NCBI GenBank assembly: GCA_964016885.1
Contig: OZ024743.1
Span: 101,680,001-101,744,000 of the forward strand
Source: Eledone cirrhosa
Lineage: Eukaryota
Length of the DNA stretch: 64,000 nucleotides
Reading direction: 5' to 3'
Below are positions 26,913-41,026 of the stretch, piece after piece (the first letter of the stretch is position 1; each line of letters begins with the position of its first letter). The position numbers and the translations under genes are program-made. Under the pieces are notes generated by a model, which was given only the letters and a program-made list of their open reading frames with translations, ran no database searches and was not told the DNA's origin.

Positions 26913-27027
26913 TATAGGAAAAAAGTATGACCCCATACTTTTTCCTATTACCCACTCTACTACCCTAAGTATTGAGTACTCTGGTGCGTTATGGTCCATC
27001 TGGTTCCTTACCACATTTCCTTCATTA
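26913..27027. mobile_element. Family A minimal fold-back insertion
   Basis: ATAGGAAAAAAGTATGACCCC ATACTTTTTCCTAT plus tail. Confidence 0.8.
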
Positions 27028-27037
27028 TATATATATA

Positions 27038-27975
27038 TCTATATATATAAAACTGTGGTTGTCTGTCTGTCTATCGATTTTTGGCACACATCTCCTCTTA
27101 GAATCTCTCACAGAATTGCACCGAAATTGCTATACTTGTACATTGAGCCCTAGCGAAGACATGGGAAAAAAAATATTTCAAATTGACCCACCCTATGTGA
27201 CGAAATCGAATATAATGTATCGATTTTTGAGCGTAAGTTATCAGTTATTTCCCTTTGTTCTGTTTACATTGAGCGTCTTACGTAAAAAATTACGCTGGCT
27301 TTCTCAGCGTTTAAAATGACATTAAATTCATCAGTTCGAACACTAAGCTTCCGTTTTGCTTCATTTCCATTTAAAAGCATTTTAAAACAATATTTTTACT
27401 TGAAAACAAGTCTATTTAAAGACTACGTAAAACAAGCAAATATTTCGTCGTTAGGCGTGCAGACAGACAGTCGTGCAGACAGACAGTCGGGCAGAGAGGT
27501 GATATACGCGTGCAGACAGACAGTCGTGCAGAGAGGTGATATAGGCGTGCAGACAGATAGTCGTGCAGAGAGGTGATATAGGCGTGCAGACAGACAGTCG
27601 TGCAGAGAGGTGATATAGGCGTGCAGACAGACAGTCGTGCAGAGAGGTGATATAGGTGTGCAGACAGACATAACTGATAATTTGGTTACGCTAATGTTTT
27701 TCTCTGCGTTGCAGTGTTTACATTTTCGATCTTTGTTAATAAATAACCAGTGCAGTTTCTATCCCCAGCATCCTCTTTTGTTATAACATTCGGGTTATCG
27801 TTATGTTTTCTTAACTTCATAAGGCATATTGTTGGTTGAGGGAATATTAATCAAAAACACCACATGCAAGTCTGCACAGTAGATACTACAGTTTTTAAGC
27901 CAAGAAAGAAACTTAACATTGTAACTTTAACACAGCTACTGAGCGACCCCGAGCAACGCCGGGCTTTACTGCTAG
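27038..27975 (+). mobile_element. Non-autonomous Helitron with internal ~37-bp minisatellite
   Basis: A|TCTATATATATAAAAC 5' end; CCCGAGCAACGCCGGG hairpin then CTAG|T; GTGCAGACAGACAGTC repeats at 27450-27670. Confidence 0.8.
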
Positions 27976-28049
27976 TTCATTATAAAAATTAAATTATAGC
28001 ATTCTATATTTAGATGGGCCCTCTTCATATTTTTAGACCCAGTCCACCA

Positions 28050-28690
<641 letters not shown>

Positions 28691-28809
28691 TATATGCACG
28701 CATACATAAACCTAATTATTGGGAGAGAAAACGTATACATATATACATACACACTTACACACATATATATATATACACACATACACAAACACACGCTCGC
28801 ACACACACA

Positions 28810-28842
<33 letters not shown>

Positions 28843-28844
28843 GT

Positions 28845-29280
28845 ATTGGTTCCAGTGACTCTGCGAAACCTCGTTGGCTTATTAATTCTTAAGAAAGTTA
28901 ACGATGAAATTCCCAACCTGGGTGGTGATTCATACGACGATGCCCTCTTCATAACCACTGACCATAGCACTACTATCCTGGAGAATTAAGAGGACGATTA
29001 GGTACTTCGTTAAAAACATGGAATTTAGGAGAGAAATTGACCCCAATAGGAAAATAACTAACTTTTTGGATATCACATTGAATCTCAATACGAAATTTTA
29101 CTACCCTACTATAAATTTAATGAAATGCTAGCATATGTTAATGCTAAGACCAACCACTCTAGATCAGTTATTAAGGCCTCAGTTTAGATGTCTCAGATAG
29201 AATCTCCAGTTTATCTGCTGACCCGTGAGATCTTTAATGATAATACGGAGTATTATACTATAGCATTAGCTAAGGTAGTC
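28845..29280 (+). pseudogene. Degraded Naiad-like Penelope RT fragment
   Basis: LVGLLILK..GGDSYDDAL, NFLDITLNL, YVNAKTNH; collinear with the 35214 ORF. Confidence 0.7.
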
Positions 29281-31479
29281 AATGGCTAAAGTATTAATTA
29301 TAATTCTAACAGATACAGTAATGGTACTGTTTAGAAGCAATCTGATACTAGACTCATGGAGGGGGGAAGCTGAGCAAATATTAGGGGGTTTGGCTGGTGG
29401 TCGATGCAGATACGCACTGCAAACCTCAGAATTTAAGAATAACATAGAAATAGATTTTAGCATAAATACGTGTATCGGGACTAAACACACTTTCCAGCAC
29501 ACGCGAAATAAACGCAAAACGCTATACAGGGGGAATGGCGCTACAAACCGCACAAGACCGTGTTTCTCCGACCACAGCACACAAAATAGGGTAGAATATG
29601 GAACGCTTCAGTATAGAAATAGTGGTGCAAGCCGGTGCTGCCCTACCGTCGGGGACCGGAATGCGCAAAAGAACGGCCATCCTCGAAAAGTAGCAGCCCC
29701 TCACGAATCCTCAACGGCTCGATAAGACCCCACCCAACCTGTTAGAAGTAGAACTAGGCATAAGCGAATAATTTAGTATAATCCACTATATTCTGCGTGA
29801 CTGCACACCAGTCTCGCTAGATTATTCTTTAGAGCACTAAATAGATGCTTCTTTAGAACTCAGAGGTACGAGAGGATTTTCAACATACACATGGTGAAGC
29901 TTTATATTCCACCACGCGCAACACATAGCTAGCATTATCAGTAATAGATTAAGTACTTTGAGACAGGTGCCGGATAGTGCCAGGTGGGGGGGGAGTAGAC
30001 TATTCCTGTTGGTAGTTACGTTGACCCCCGGGACTACCTTGGTGTATCCTGAAAGCCTTGAGGACCTTCTGTAAGATCCTGAGGTAGTTCACTCCGGCAT
30101 CTCTAATAGACATCCCACCGGTGATATACTGGTGCCGACCAGATTATGCAACTACAGAAACCCTGACGGATGTCCGCTCTGGAATGAATACCTGGTAAAA
30201 AGTCTGGTTTCCCAGTGTAAGGTCACTATCCTCGACTCAATATATAGATACATAGGAACAGTGTCGACTAGATTCAAGGACATGTGGTAAAATGACCCCC
30301 CACTCCTTTAGTAGGATCGACAAACGAAACGCACAACCCTTTCGGAGCTGATCTGGAAGCTTAAGTTAGCTAAGACTCCTTGCTCTTTAAAATGATCTAA
30401 GATTCGTGACGTATCTCATGTATTTGCAGTTTCTGAGTGAAACCCTTGAGACACTCAGTGAACGACTGCAACTAATTAACTGACGGACAGACTTCGTTGG
30501 TGCTTGTCTGCACTTGAGGCCAGGAACTTTCCTCTCCTAGGTATAAACTCCCCATCCTGAAGTAGCTTACGCTGTATTTATCTCTACTCACCCTATGGTG
30601 CCACTTTAGGCTCCTAATAGCAGAAACACACTGTTTTCCGACATAAATTATAAGCATGTACCAGTAGACACAGATTACTGATCTACTATAGGGAGGGCAA
30701 GTTAGTTATAACCCATTTAATTTTTCCCCTTATGAAGCAAGCCCATACTTCCGGATTACAATTGAGATCTATGGTTTGCAACACTCATCTCGCCGATTAA
30801 AAGGAACACTAATATTCTTCTTTCTTACTTCCCACATTTCATTAGCTATATTAACTATATTAATTCTTGGAATGCCTTTCTTCTCTCCTCTTTTAGGAGT
30901 TTATACTGTGCTACAGTTTTATTTTACTATATTTAATATCTCTGTACGGCCATCAATTTCCTGATATATATTAGACGTTGGTATAATCGTATTTTGCTAC
31001 TTTTCACATATCTCACCTTTTATTTTTTAATTTGGCCTATCTTCCTCTTCTATTCTTATATTTTATCATTAACATTTTTTACCGATTTTCTCTTTTTATT
31101 TAGCTTCTTTTTATGTATTTTCTTTATTCAATCTTTATGTATCATTTATTTATTGGTCTTCATTTTATATTCAACCTTAATTCTACTTTATTTTCAGCCT
31201 TGATTCTCATTTATGCTTACCACCCTATTATATATTATATAGTAGCTAGGATGGTTCGATTAACACCATTACTACTGCTGCTACTGTCATTGATCCTGAT
31301 CCTTTTTTCCTCCTATTTAACTGAGATATTGGTGTTGCCGCTTTGACTGTTGTTTTTATTGTGGGAATAGTTAATTTCATCTTAACCCACCACCTCATTC
31401 AAAGGCTGGCTTTCATGTAACACCCTACTATTAAATAATTTACAACTGACCTGATACCAGAGTGAGTGGGCCATCTCAG

Positions 31480-31840
31480 AATTTGGTGCCACTGCCGCGT
31501 TCAAGAAAGCTAGGAGGATGTAAGGTAGGAACTATCTTCAACCAATGGCTAGGTATGCTTGCGACCTTTATGATGATGCAGTGAGGTTTTTTGTCAGCAG
31601 GGCTTTGAAGAAACAACACCGATAACCCCGCCGTGACATATGACTGAATGAAAACTGCATGTGTAATTTTTATTTATGTTCATGTCATCTGTATTCCTTT
31701 AAATCTCTGTTCAGGTAATAGCTGTCTGATGAGGTCATAATTGTTACATAATAGTTACCATCCAAACATGTACAACAGCGATTGTGTAACATATAAAAGA
31801 GATCAATTCTAATCTTTTGACTTCTATTTAATTGTTTTAT
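31480..31840 (+). mobile_element. Family M pLTR-like module with degenerate hammerhead at 31721-31779
   Basis: gctgt CTGATGA ..stem II.. CAAA catgtaca acagc; homologous to 16781-17160. Confidence 0.6.
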
Positions 31841-31846
31841 ATATAT

Positions 31847-31900
<54 letters not shown>

Positions 31901-32069
31901 TGTGTGTGTATGTGTGTGTGTGTACAAATTATAATACATTTATATACAAAAACACATATATATCCATACAGGATAAATGTCTTTAAGAATGTACATGTAA
32001 GTATGCATATGCACGTGAGAGAGCATGCGTGTAGGCATGTGCATCCACGTTTGTATATGTGTGTATATG

Positions 32070-32110
<41 letters not shown>

Positions 32111-32509
32111 GTGTGTGTGTGTGTGTGTGTAAGTGAGTGTGTGTTTGGGTATGTGTGTGTCAGTATGTATGAACTTTCATGCATGTACACAGATAGAATC
32201 CTACACGGAGAGAGAAATAAAAATTATCTACTAACATGATAGAAAACGCATGAACCGTGATAGTAAACAGATGACAGCTTAAGAAAAACAATTTACAAAA
32301 CAGTTAGACAATATAAATACTAATCGAGGTGCAATAAATAGGATATCAGAAACACCATCACTAACAGTAATCGGATTTGAAAAAAAAACACTTTAAATTT
32401 TAATTGAGAAGAAAATAGCTAGAAATAAAACTGATATAAAGTAGGTAAACCAAAATTAGAAAAATAATGTGTATAGTGCTTTTGATTTTCATTATATTGC
32501 TGCATTGTC

Positions 32510-32960
32510 GTTTTAGGTGCTCATGTTACGAGCAAACATCACCTCGAATCTCCCTTTTCTGATCTAGCGGACATCTTTCCGACACCTTTTCTAAATCCGA
32601 GCACTGCTGCCACACATGCAGCTTCATTATCCACACCATCACCCTCATCGGACCTAACAGCTGTATATTTCATATTAGGGACTCTCATTTGTATTTCAAC
32701 AAGCCTGTCTATGGGCTCTGGTACACGCTATGCGACGTTATAAACATTAGTGAAACTGGCCGTCGACTGACTGACAGATTTGCTGAAAATCTGTGGCATA
32801 TCCGGGTCGGCAACCCGCCCTCGGTGGCCCAACAGTTCCACACTGCCGGTCATTGTACACAACAGGTTACTGTGTTCGGGCTCGGACCCCTAGACATGCA
32901 CCGCCAGAAGCTAATTTTTACTAAATACATCTACCACCTTAATACACCACCGTTCTTCCT
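32510..32960 (+). pseudogene. Degraded Neptune-like PLE GIY-YIG endonuclease
   Basis: CHTCSFI..IGP, VYGL..C...ISETGRRLTDRFAE, VAQQF..GH, QKLIF. Confidence 0.7.
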
Positions 32961-33568
32961 CTAATCTGCTCTTACCATCGCATCCTCTACCCTCGCTCAT
33001 CTCCGTGACAATAAGCAAATACCTTACGCATAAAACAAATAACTTTAACAGTTATTTATAAACAAGCACATAGAAACATGCACATAGACACACACACACA
33101 TATTTCTCACTCAGCTTTGTATAGTGTGGTTGCTATGACAATTTCAATCCTTTCTTTGTTTATTTTAACTTCAGTTCACCACTTTGAAGTCGAATTTCGT
33201 TTTTTTTAAAGGAACCGATATATAATTCACAAATACATATTTGTTACTAATAATTTATTTTATACTTGATACACACACAAACAAACAATACTCATCCACA
33301 ATGTTAATACAGTCGGACACACTTGAACATCACTACAAACAATGTATAATCCATTCAGCCAACATATACACTGATACACACAAAAAGTGAAAACAACACA
33401 CACACTCACATGTCCTCCTTTTTCTATTTTTCTAATCTATCAACTTGTACTCTTTCGACGAAGGATTAACCTTCGATACGTTGAACTTCTTTTCTCTCTT
33501 TCATCCAAAGCGTGAACCTATTAACATTAATTGTTTTTGTATCACTGGTATTCCCATTTAACATTATA

Positions 33569-33624
<56 letters not shown>

Positions 33625-33655
33625 CAGGGAGTGTACTGTCATTACAGCAGCAGAA

Positions 33656-33738
33656 GTCCGACGAACTTTTGATTCCAAAGTCGGGCCAAATCAATACAGA
33701 TCGAACGTTGAGCTAATCAATAGCGAAACGCGCGTCAC
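33656..33738 (+). ncRNA. Degenerate hammerhead (family F)
   Basis: gt CCGACGA ..long stem II.. GAAA CGCGCG TC ac; homologous to 40650-40734. Confidence 0.5.
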
Positions 33739-33784
33739 AAATCAATGAAGGCTTAACAAATCGTTATTGTATTATTATTATTAT

Positions 33785-33903
33785 AAATCCCGCCGAGGTC
33801 AACTTTGCCTTTCATCCTTACGGGGTCGATAAAATAAAGTACCAGTAATACACTGGGAGAATTGCTGGCCTTGTGCCAAATGTAGAAACAATTATTATTA
33901 TTA
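33785..33903 (+). mobile_element. 5'-truncated Meta SINE
   Basis: AAATCCCGCCGAGGTCAACTTTGCCTTTCATCCTTACGGGGTCGATAAAAT; (ATT)n tail. Confidence 0.8.
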
Positions 33904-33939
<36 letters not shown>

Positions 33940-33953
33940 TTAATATAGATGAG

Positions 33954-34000
33954 ATTCTACAGGACTAGAACTGTTTCATTCTTTAGAAATCATCAGGAAT
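33954..34000 (-). ncRNA. Type I hammerhead ribozyme motif (family B)
   Basis: attc CTGATGA tttctaaagaat GAAA CAG ttctagtc CTG TA gaat; stems I and III pair. Confidence 0.75.
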
Positions 34001-34048
34001 TGAGTACCTTACTTACTGTGGTTACCTCCGATTCAACCCGGAATAACG

Positions 34049-34050
<2 letters not shown>

Positions 34051-34123
<73 letters not shown>

Positions 34124-34427
34124 ATGTATGATATATATATATATATATGATATATATGATATATATGATATATATATATGATATATATATATATGATATA
34201 TATATATATATGATATATATGATATATATGATATATATATATATATATGATATATATATATATATGATATAAATATATATGATATATATATATATATATA
34301 TGATATATATATATATAATATGCATATATATACATATATATATAATATACATATATATATATATATACATATATATGTATGTATATATATAATAGCGTGT
34401 ATATATATATGTGTGTTTGTGCATCTA

Positions 34428-34477
<50 letters not shown>

Positions 34478-34505
34478 CATATATATATATATATATATAT
34501 ATATT

Positions 34506-34564
<59 letters not shown>

Positions 34565-34600
34565 TATATATATATGTATATATGAATGTATGTATGTATA
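34051..34600. repeat. (TA)n with periodic TGA interruptions
   Basis: Direct inspection. Confidence 0.95.
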
Positions 34601-34816
34601 TACACAGGCACAGATACTCACACACGCACACACATCCTTGTATATAGCAACGCAACTAGATATTCCGTGCAAGTCTTTATTGTGGATTGATAATTAAACC
34701 ATTGAAGCATAGTAGAATGATTTAATTAGCTGCTGACAATAAAGATATGCACCGAAAACGGATTTCTATTATGTTATTTAGTATTTTTATCGGTATCTCA
34801 GAAATATAGATTTTCG

Positions 34817-34855
<39 letters not shown>

Positions 34856-34920
34856 TACTCCCTATATATATATATATATATAGAAATTACATGAATCAAA
34901 GTTCAGTTTAAATCATTTAT

Positions 34921-34969
34921 TTGCTTACAATTGTTTTCTCCAAACCGAAGTTTGGATTCTTCGGAGCAA
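34921..34969 (-). ncRNA. Hammerhead motif (family E), GAAA mutated
   Basis: ttgct CCGAAGA a tccaaac TTCG gtttgga gAAAA CAATTG TA agcaa. Confidence 0.55.
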
Positions 34970-35227
34970 CTATTTAGTGATTTTTTACATACTTGACCTC
35001 CTTTTCAACACAAGAGACATATAAAAACATATGTATATATTGAACCACAGTGGGTTGACATCCATCATAATAATATAGCATGGCAATTTACATACAAAGG
35101 TTACAGTCATATTAAAGGACAAAATTAAAGTTAAAATTAAAATTAAAATAAAAATAAAAATAAAACATTGGCAGTTTATGAAGATAAAGCAAGAGGAAAG
35201 TTTAGAGTAGTCAGTGTATGAAACAGA

Positions 35228-37207
35228 TATTAATATGGAAGGCTATAATATAGTGTCCAATCTAGGACTCCTGAGACATACACAACCATATACCCCAAAC
35301 CCCCATAGTTTCTCTCTGAAGGACCATAAGGAGGACTTCATTAGCAACCCCTCGATTAGACTCATCTGCCCTTCCAAGTCTGACATTGGCCTTATTAGTA
35401 AGAAAATTTTAGATAAAATCATCCCACAGATTAAACACAAGATATACCTTAAACAATGGGGAAATACGGGTGAAGTGATTGAATGGTTCGAAGATATCAA
35501 GGATAACAAGGATAAAAAATGTATTCAATTTGATATCAATTCTTACTACACCTCTATTTCCCCTATCCTATTAAATAAGGCACTTATCATGGCCATGGAC
35601 AATAGTGACCTGACTAGACCCCAGATTGATGTCATACTTGCGGCCCGTAAAACACTAATCACCTTTGAAGACCAATTATGGACCCGCAAAGATACGCAAA
35701 ACAACTTCGACATAACCATGGGGTCTAGTGACTCGGCGCAGGTCACTGATTTAGTCGGCCTATATTTACTTAACGAAATCCATAAGGACCTTCCATACCT
35801 CAACGGTGGTTTGTACCGCGATGATGCACTTTTACTTATAGATTATAAAAAAATCAATATAGAAAGAACTAGAAAACTATTGCACAAGACATTCAAAAAC
35901 TATAACCTTAGTATTACCATGGACAAAAACACTAAAAACGTTAACTTCCTAGACGCCACCCTCTACCTAGACTCAATGATATATGCACCTTTCCACAAAC
36001 CTAATGAAAAACTCATTTACGTAGATACCAAGTCTATCCACCCTAAATCTATATTAAACTCTATCTCTAAGGGAGTATCTAATAGAATCTCTAATCTATC
36101 CTATGACGTAAACATATTTAACAAAAACTCACAATATTATAATCAGGCATTAGCTAGATCAGGCCATAATATAGAGATCGAGTTCCTATCTACAAAAACA
36201 CATAGCTACAACATTATTTCGCACATGTCCATGAGAAAATTTAGTAATAAGAATAGCAACCACACACACACTAATAGGGATGATACCAACAAAAGTAACC
36301 CACACCACAGAAATTACCATAGTACCATAAAAGGAAACAACTCACCAGACATAAAAAACAAAAATAGAAGAAGAAATAATACATTTTTCAACCCTCCTTT
36401 CAATCTAAACGTCTCTACCAACCTACCTAGGGCTTCCTTCTCACTACTAGATAAAAACTTCCTATCCGGCCACAAGTACCATAGCCTTTTAAACAAAAAC
36501 ACTATTAAAATTTCCTACTCTACTACGCCTAACATAGCATACCACATAGCTAGTAGCAATAAAAGAAAAATTAATTCTTACTTCCAACAAACTAAATCAC
36601 AACAGACGATACACCTTCAAAATAACATTATAACAACTAACCCTAATATCAATAGAAATAATAGTAATAGCACGAGTGTAAACAATAACGCCGGGAACGA
36701 CAACCCACATAACCATAACCCTATAGCTACCATCAAGACTTCTACACAACATAATACCGGCAGTCTAACACCCAGAATAATTGTAACTGTAGATCAAATA
36801 GAACCTGCCCTTTAGATAAAAATGCTTAATCAAGGATATCATATACTCATGCACAGTCACAACTATCAACTCATCTGAAACCTATATAGGCTCTACTTCT
36901 AACTGCTTCAAAACTAGATACAATTCGCACCTCCACTCTTTCAAAAAACAGTCTAGCCAACTCCACTTCACTATCTAGCTACATACACTATCTAAAAACT
37001 AAAAATAAACCATATACACTTAAATGGGAAGTGATAGGTAATGCGACATCGTACGAACCACCTAATAAATTTTGTAACCTCTGTCTACTAGAGACCCATA
37101 CTATCATCTTCTCTAACCATAACCTCCTTAATAAAAAATCAGAAGTGTTCGCGTCTTGCCAACACCGCTTCCGACACTCTTTCCAAAACTTTAAACCCAA
37201 TATATAA
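35228..37207 (+). pseudogene. 5'-truncated PLE RT plus GIY-YIG ORF, frameshifted after ~36770
   Basis: LKDHKE..RLICPSKSDIG, FDINSYYTSI, MGSSDSAQVTDLVG, GLYRDD, FNPPF, CNCRSNRTCPL, IIY..YIGST, CNLCLLE, LLNKKSE..CQH. Confidence 0.9.
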
Positions 37208-38702
37208 CAGTGTCAGACTTGAACCCGACACAACCTCTAGCAACTAGCATCAGGGGCACACCTTACACCTCATCTCCACACCCATTAATCCACTTTAACG
37301 CAAATAGTGACACCCTCATAGTACCTTTTACCCTAGAGATATCCACATGTACTTCTACTTTTGGTATATTGGCCTTGAGTTACTTGGACTACATTGCACT
37401 AATATATATTTAATGTAAACTGTAGGCACTGAATTGGTTGTGCTAACATTGTCCTGTGCATGGAGTGCCACCATAGGATAGATACAAGATTAAGTAATTA
37501 ATTTATTAAAAGGGCTATATATTCTATATGCTGAGTACAATGAATTATGTACAGGTGATAAATGAGTTATGAGTATATGTATGGCTTGATGACCAGATTA
37601 GTGTCTTTGTATGAGAGAACTGATCTCTGGACCACCCTGGTGATATTTAACTTTGCCATGCATTCAGACATACAATGACCCATAGCTTACCTGGAGTCAT
37701 ATATAGTAATAAGACCATGCCAGGCTCTGCGGGTGGACTACACTTACATAGATCATTGATTTGGAGGTCTGACTCTTCTTGCAGAATGTTCTGTTGTGGC
37801 ACTCCATGATAGAAGGTAATCATCCTGATATGAACACCTTTAGTACTTCTTGATGGACTACACTGTAATTTATAGATAAGATACTTAAATTTAGAAATTG
37901 TTTATAACCTTATATGACAGGGACTCATTTGAAACACCATTTATGTACTTTAGGATAATAAATTTAACTATGAAAATCAGCTAGTTACCTCCCCTTACGC
38001 ATTAACTCCCCTTACGCATTAACTGCCCTTAATCACACACACACTTCCGGAATATAATACAATGTCATCTCTCACAACAAAAACAACCTGATCTATGAAT
38101 CGAAATAAGGAACGACAAGCTATGATTTATAACATGATTCACCAGGCACCCAATGTTGAATCATCGTGGATTGTATGATGGACATATAGCCTATAAATTG
38201 CGTTTCCTGGATTGTGTGAGTGATGGTGGGTGCGAGGACAGTGGTGCTGTTTTGCTTCTCATTTATAATATTTTTGATATTTTTGGTGTTTCTCTACAAA
38301 CGGGCTTATATATCGTATAGGTGTGTGTGAAAAATGCTTTAACAATACAGCCCCGATGATGCTATTGATTGCCTGCTTTAACTGCTTGTTTTACACGTAA
38401 CAATCTGCCGCACTATAATCCTGTATAAATAAGACACGCGTGCATACCACACGTGAGACTGTTTCATACACTGACTACTCTAAACTTTCCTCTTGCTTTA
38501 TCTTCATAAACTACCATAGTTATATTTTAATAATAATTTTAACTTTAATTTTGTCCTTTAATATGACTGTAACCTTTGTATGTAAATTGCCATGCTATAT
38601 TATTATGATGGATGTCAACCCACTGTGGGTCAATATATACATGTTTTTATATGTCTCTTGTGTTGAAAAGGAGGTCAAGTATGTAAAAAAATCACTAAAT
38701 AG

Positions 38703-38751
38703 TTGCTCCGAAGAAACCAAAGCTCGGTTTGGAGGAAACAATCGTAAGCAA
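38703..38751 (+). ncRNA. Hammerhead motif (family E)
   Basis: ttgct CCGAAGA ..stem II.. GAAA CAATCG TA agcaa; 5-bp stem I. Confidence 0.6.
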
Positions 38752-38949
38752 ATAAATGATTTAAACTGAACTTTGATTCATGTAATTTCTATATAACTGC
38801 TCTGTAAAACAACTGATGTTATTACATTGAGCTATTTATCTTACTGGTAATAAGATAGTAATGAATTACTGTCTTTCACTATTTAGAGTTTAAAATATAT
38901 ATAACTATAAAAGGTTTTATTATATACATAACCATAAATAGTATCCTTA

Positions 38950-38987
<38 letters not shown>

Positions 38988-39332
38988 AAAATGGAACGGG
39001 AACAAAACAGAGAAGCAGTACGAACAAAGGTTTATTAGTTTCTCGCTCTTGAGAGGTGGGTTGGGGGTTGGGGTGGGGGAACGACGTTTTTGGACATAAG
39101 CCCTTCTTCAGGCGAAAAGTGGGTGGGAAGATAGATCGGAGAGTGTGTAGGGGAGTGGAGTAGAGACATTTAGAAAAATAAAAGAGGGGGAGCGAGAGGA
39201 AAGGGAGGAAAAAACGGTGGAAGGGGTACAAATAAAAATGAAAAAAATAAAAAATAAAAATAAACATGAAGATAAACAAGTGGTGGAAGGGTGTGGGGGC
39301 GTGTAGGGCGTGTAGTATCTCATCTATATTAA

Positions 39333-39405
<73 letters not shown>

Positions 39406-39449
39406 ATGTATATATATATATATTTATATACATACATGTGTATATATAT

Positions 39450-39690
39450 CACCTTGACCGACCAGTCTGTCGCGCGCCAATCGACGCCGTTGGTCACAGC
39501 ACGTCGTGCTGTTTTAGCCATAAGATAACGCCATCCCACAGGCTGGGCAGGTACTCATTTCTACAGCTAGGTAAACTGGAGCAACGTGAAATAAAGTGTC
39601 TTGCTCAAGGAAACAACACATCACCCGGTCCGAGAATTGAACTCACAACCTTTCGATTGCAAGCCCAATGCTCTAACCACTAAGCCATGA
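39450..39690 (-). mobile_element. CORE-type tRNA SINE
   Basis: Reverse complement of the 53998-54352 family. Confidence 0.8.
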
Positions 39691-39704
39691 TCCTTCACTG
39701 TATG

Positions 39705-39759
<55 letters not shown>

Positions 39760-39762
<3 letters not shown>

Positions 39763-40080
39763 ATTGGTTATGCACGAGTGCATTAATGTTTTCCAGGACA
39801 CAGTGTTATGTGCCGTGTAGTGGAATGTCAGCTTACAACAGAGTGGTGCTCAACGAAATGCAGAAAAAAGGTGTATATTCCAGTTTAGCTATATTCCGGG
39901 GCGTGTATAAAGAATTAAAAAGAACAGAAAGATGCAGTAAAAGAGATTTATTCGGTTCTTACGTACGTTTCAATAGACATCAATTTGCCTAGATCTCGCA
40001 AATTGATGTCTATTGAAACGTACGTAAGAACCGAATAAATCTCTTTTACTGCATCTTTCTGTTCTTTTTAATTCTTTATA
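39760..40080. mobile_element. Perfect fold-back PLE-type insertion
   Basis: 83-bp arms 39906-39988 and 39998-40080, 9-nt loop; GAAA CGTACG TA half-hammerhead; tail 39760-39905. Confidence 0.8.
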
Positions 40081-40143
40081 TATATATATACATATATATA
40101 TGTGTATATATATATATATATGTATATGTATATATATATACAT

Positions 40144-40188
<45 letters not shown>

Positions 40189-40191
40189 CAT

Positions 40192-40264
<73 letters not shown>

Positions 40265-40267
40265 CAT

Positions 40268-40316
<49 letters not shown>

Positions 40317-40319
40317 CAT

Positions 40320-40350
<31 letters not shown>

Positions 40351-40353
40351 CAT

Positions 40354-40442
<89 letters not shown>

Positions 40443-40471
40443 TATATATATACACATATACATATGTACAT

Positions 40472-40514
<43 letters not shown>

Positions 40515-40533
40515 TATATATATACACATATAC

Positions 40534-40597
<64 letters not shown>
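40081..40597. repeat. (TA)n-CATATACATG compound microsatellite
   Basis: Direct inspection. Confidence 0.95.
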
Positions 40598-40600
<3 letters not shown>

Positions 40601-40649
40601 AATAAGTTAACAAGGACGAAAGGTTACTCCTTCATTACGTTTACTGGTT

Positions 40650-40734
40650 GGTGACGCGCGTTTCGCCACTGATCAGCTCAAGATTCGATCTGTATCGATC
40701 TGCCCCCACTCTGGAATTCGTGGCTCGTCAGCCC
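40650..40734 (-). ncRNA. Hammerhead with enlarged stem II domain (family F)
   Basis: ggg CTGACGA GCCAC (~48 nt) GTGGC GAAA CGCGCG TC acc. Confidence 0.7.
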
Positions 40735-40824
40735 CCTTGTAATGTTAATAGAAAAATGAATACATGGTGTATGATAAAGTACACTTCAACAACATGTGTA
40801 CTTGTCTTTCCCACACGAATTCGG

Positions 40825-40879
40825 ACTGCCTGAAGAGATCACAACCAATGATGGCTGTCACCGAAATATATATAGCAGT
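40825..40879 (+). ncRNA. Minimal type I hammerhead (family G)
   Basis: actgc CTGAAGA gatcacaacca atga tggctgtcacc GAAA TATATA TA gcagt. Confidence 0.7.
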
Positions 40880-41026
40880 ATATCTATAATTTGTAATAAA
40901 CGAAGCCAAATTTTACATATTTGACTTAATTATTTTACATTACTCCGGAGTAAGCAAACCAGCCTGTGTACTTCGTCGAGTGCTCCATCTGCATACTGAG
41001 GTGTCGGTAAACAACCAACATATACT

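Larger units (their letters stand above)
34880..38900 (+). mobile_element. Naiad-like Penelope element with inverted partial pLTR at the 5' end
   Basis: 34880-35226 is the reverse complement of ~38459-38792; tail continues to ~38900. Confidence 0.85.

Noticed and set aside
36780-37170. Selenoprotein-type Naiad
   Set aside because: The conserved cysteines here and at 970-1365 use TGT/TGC codons
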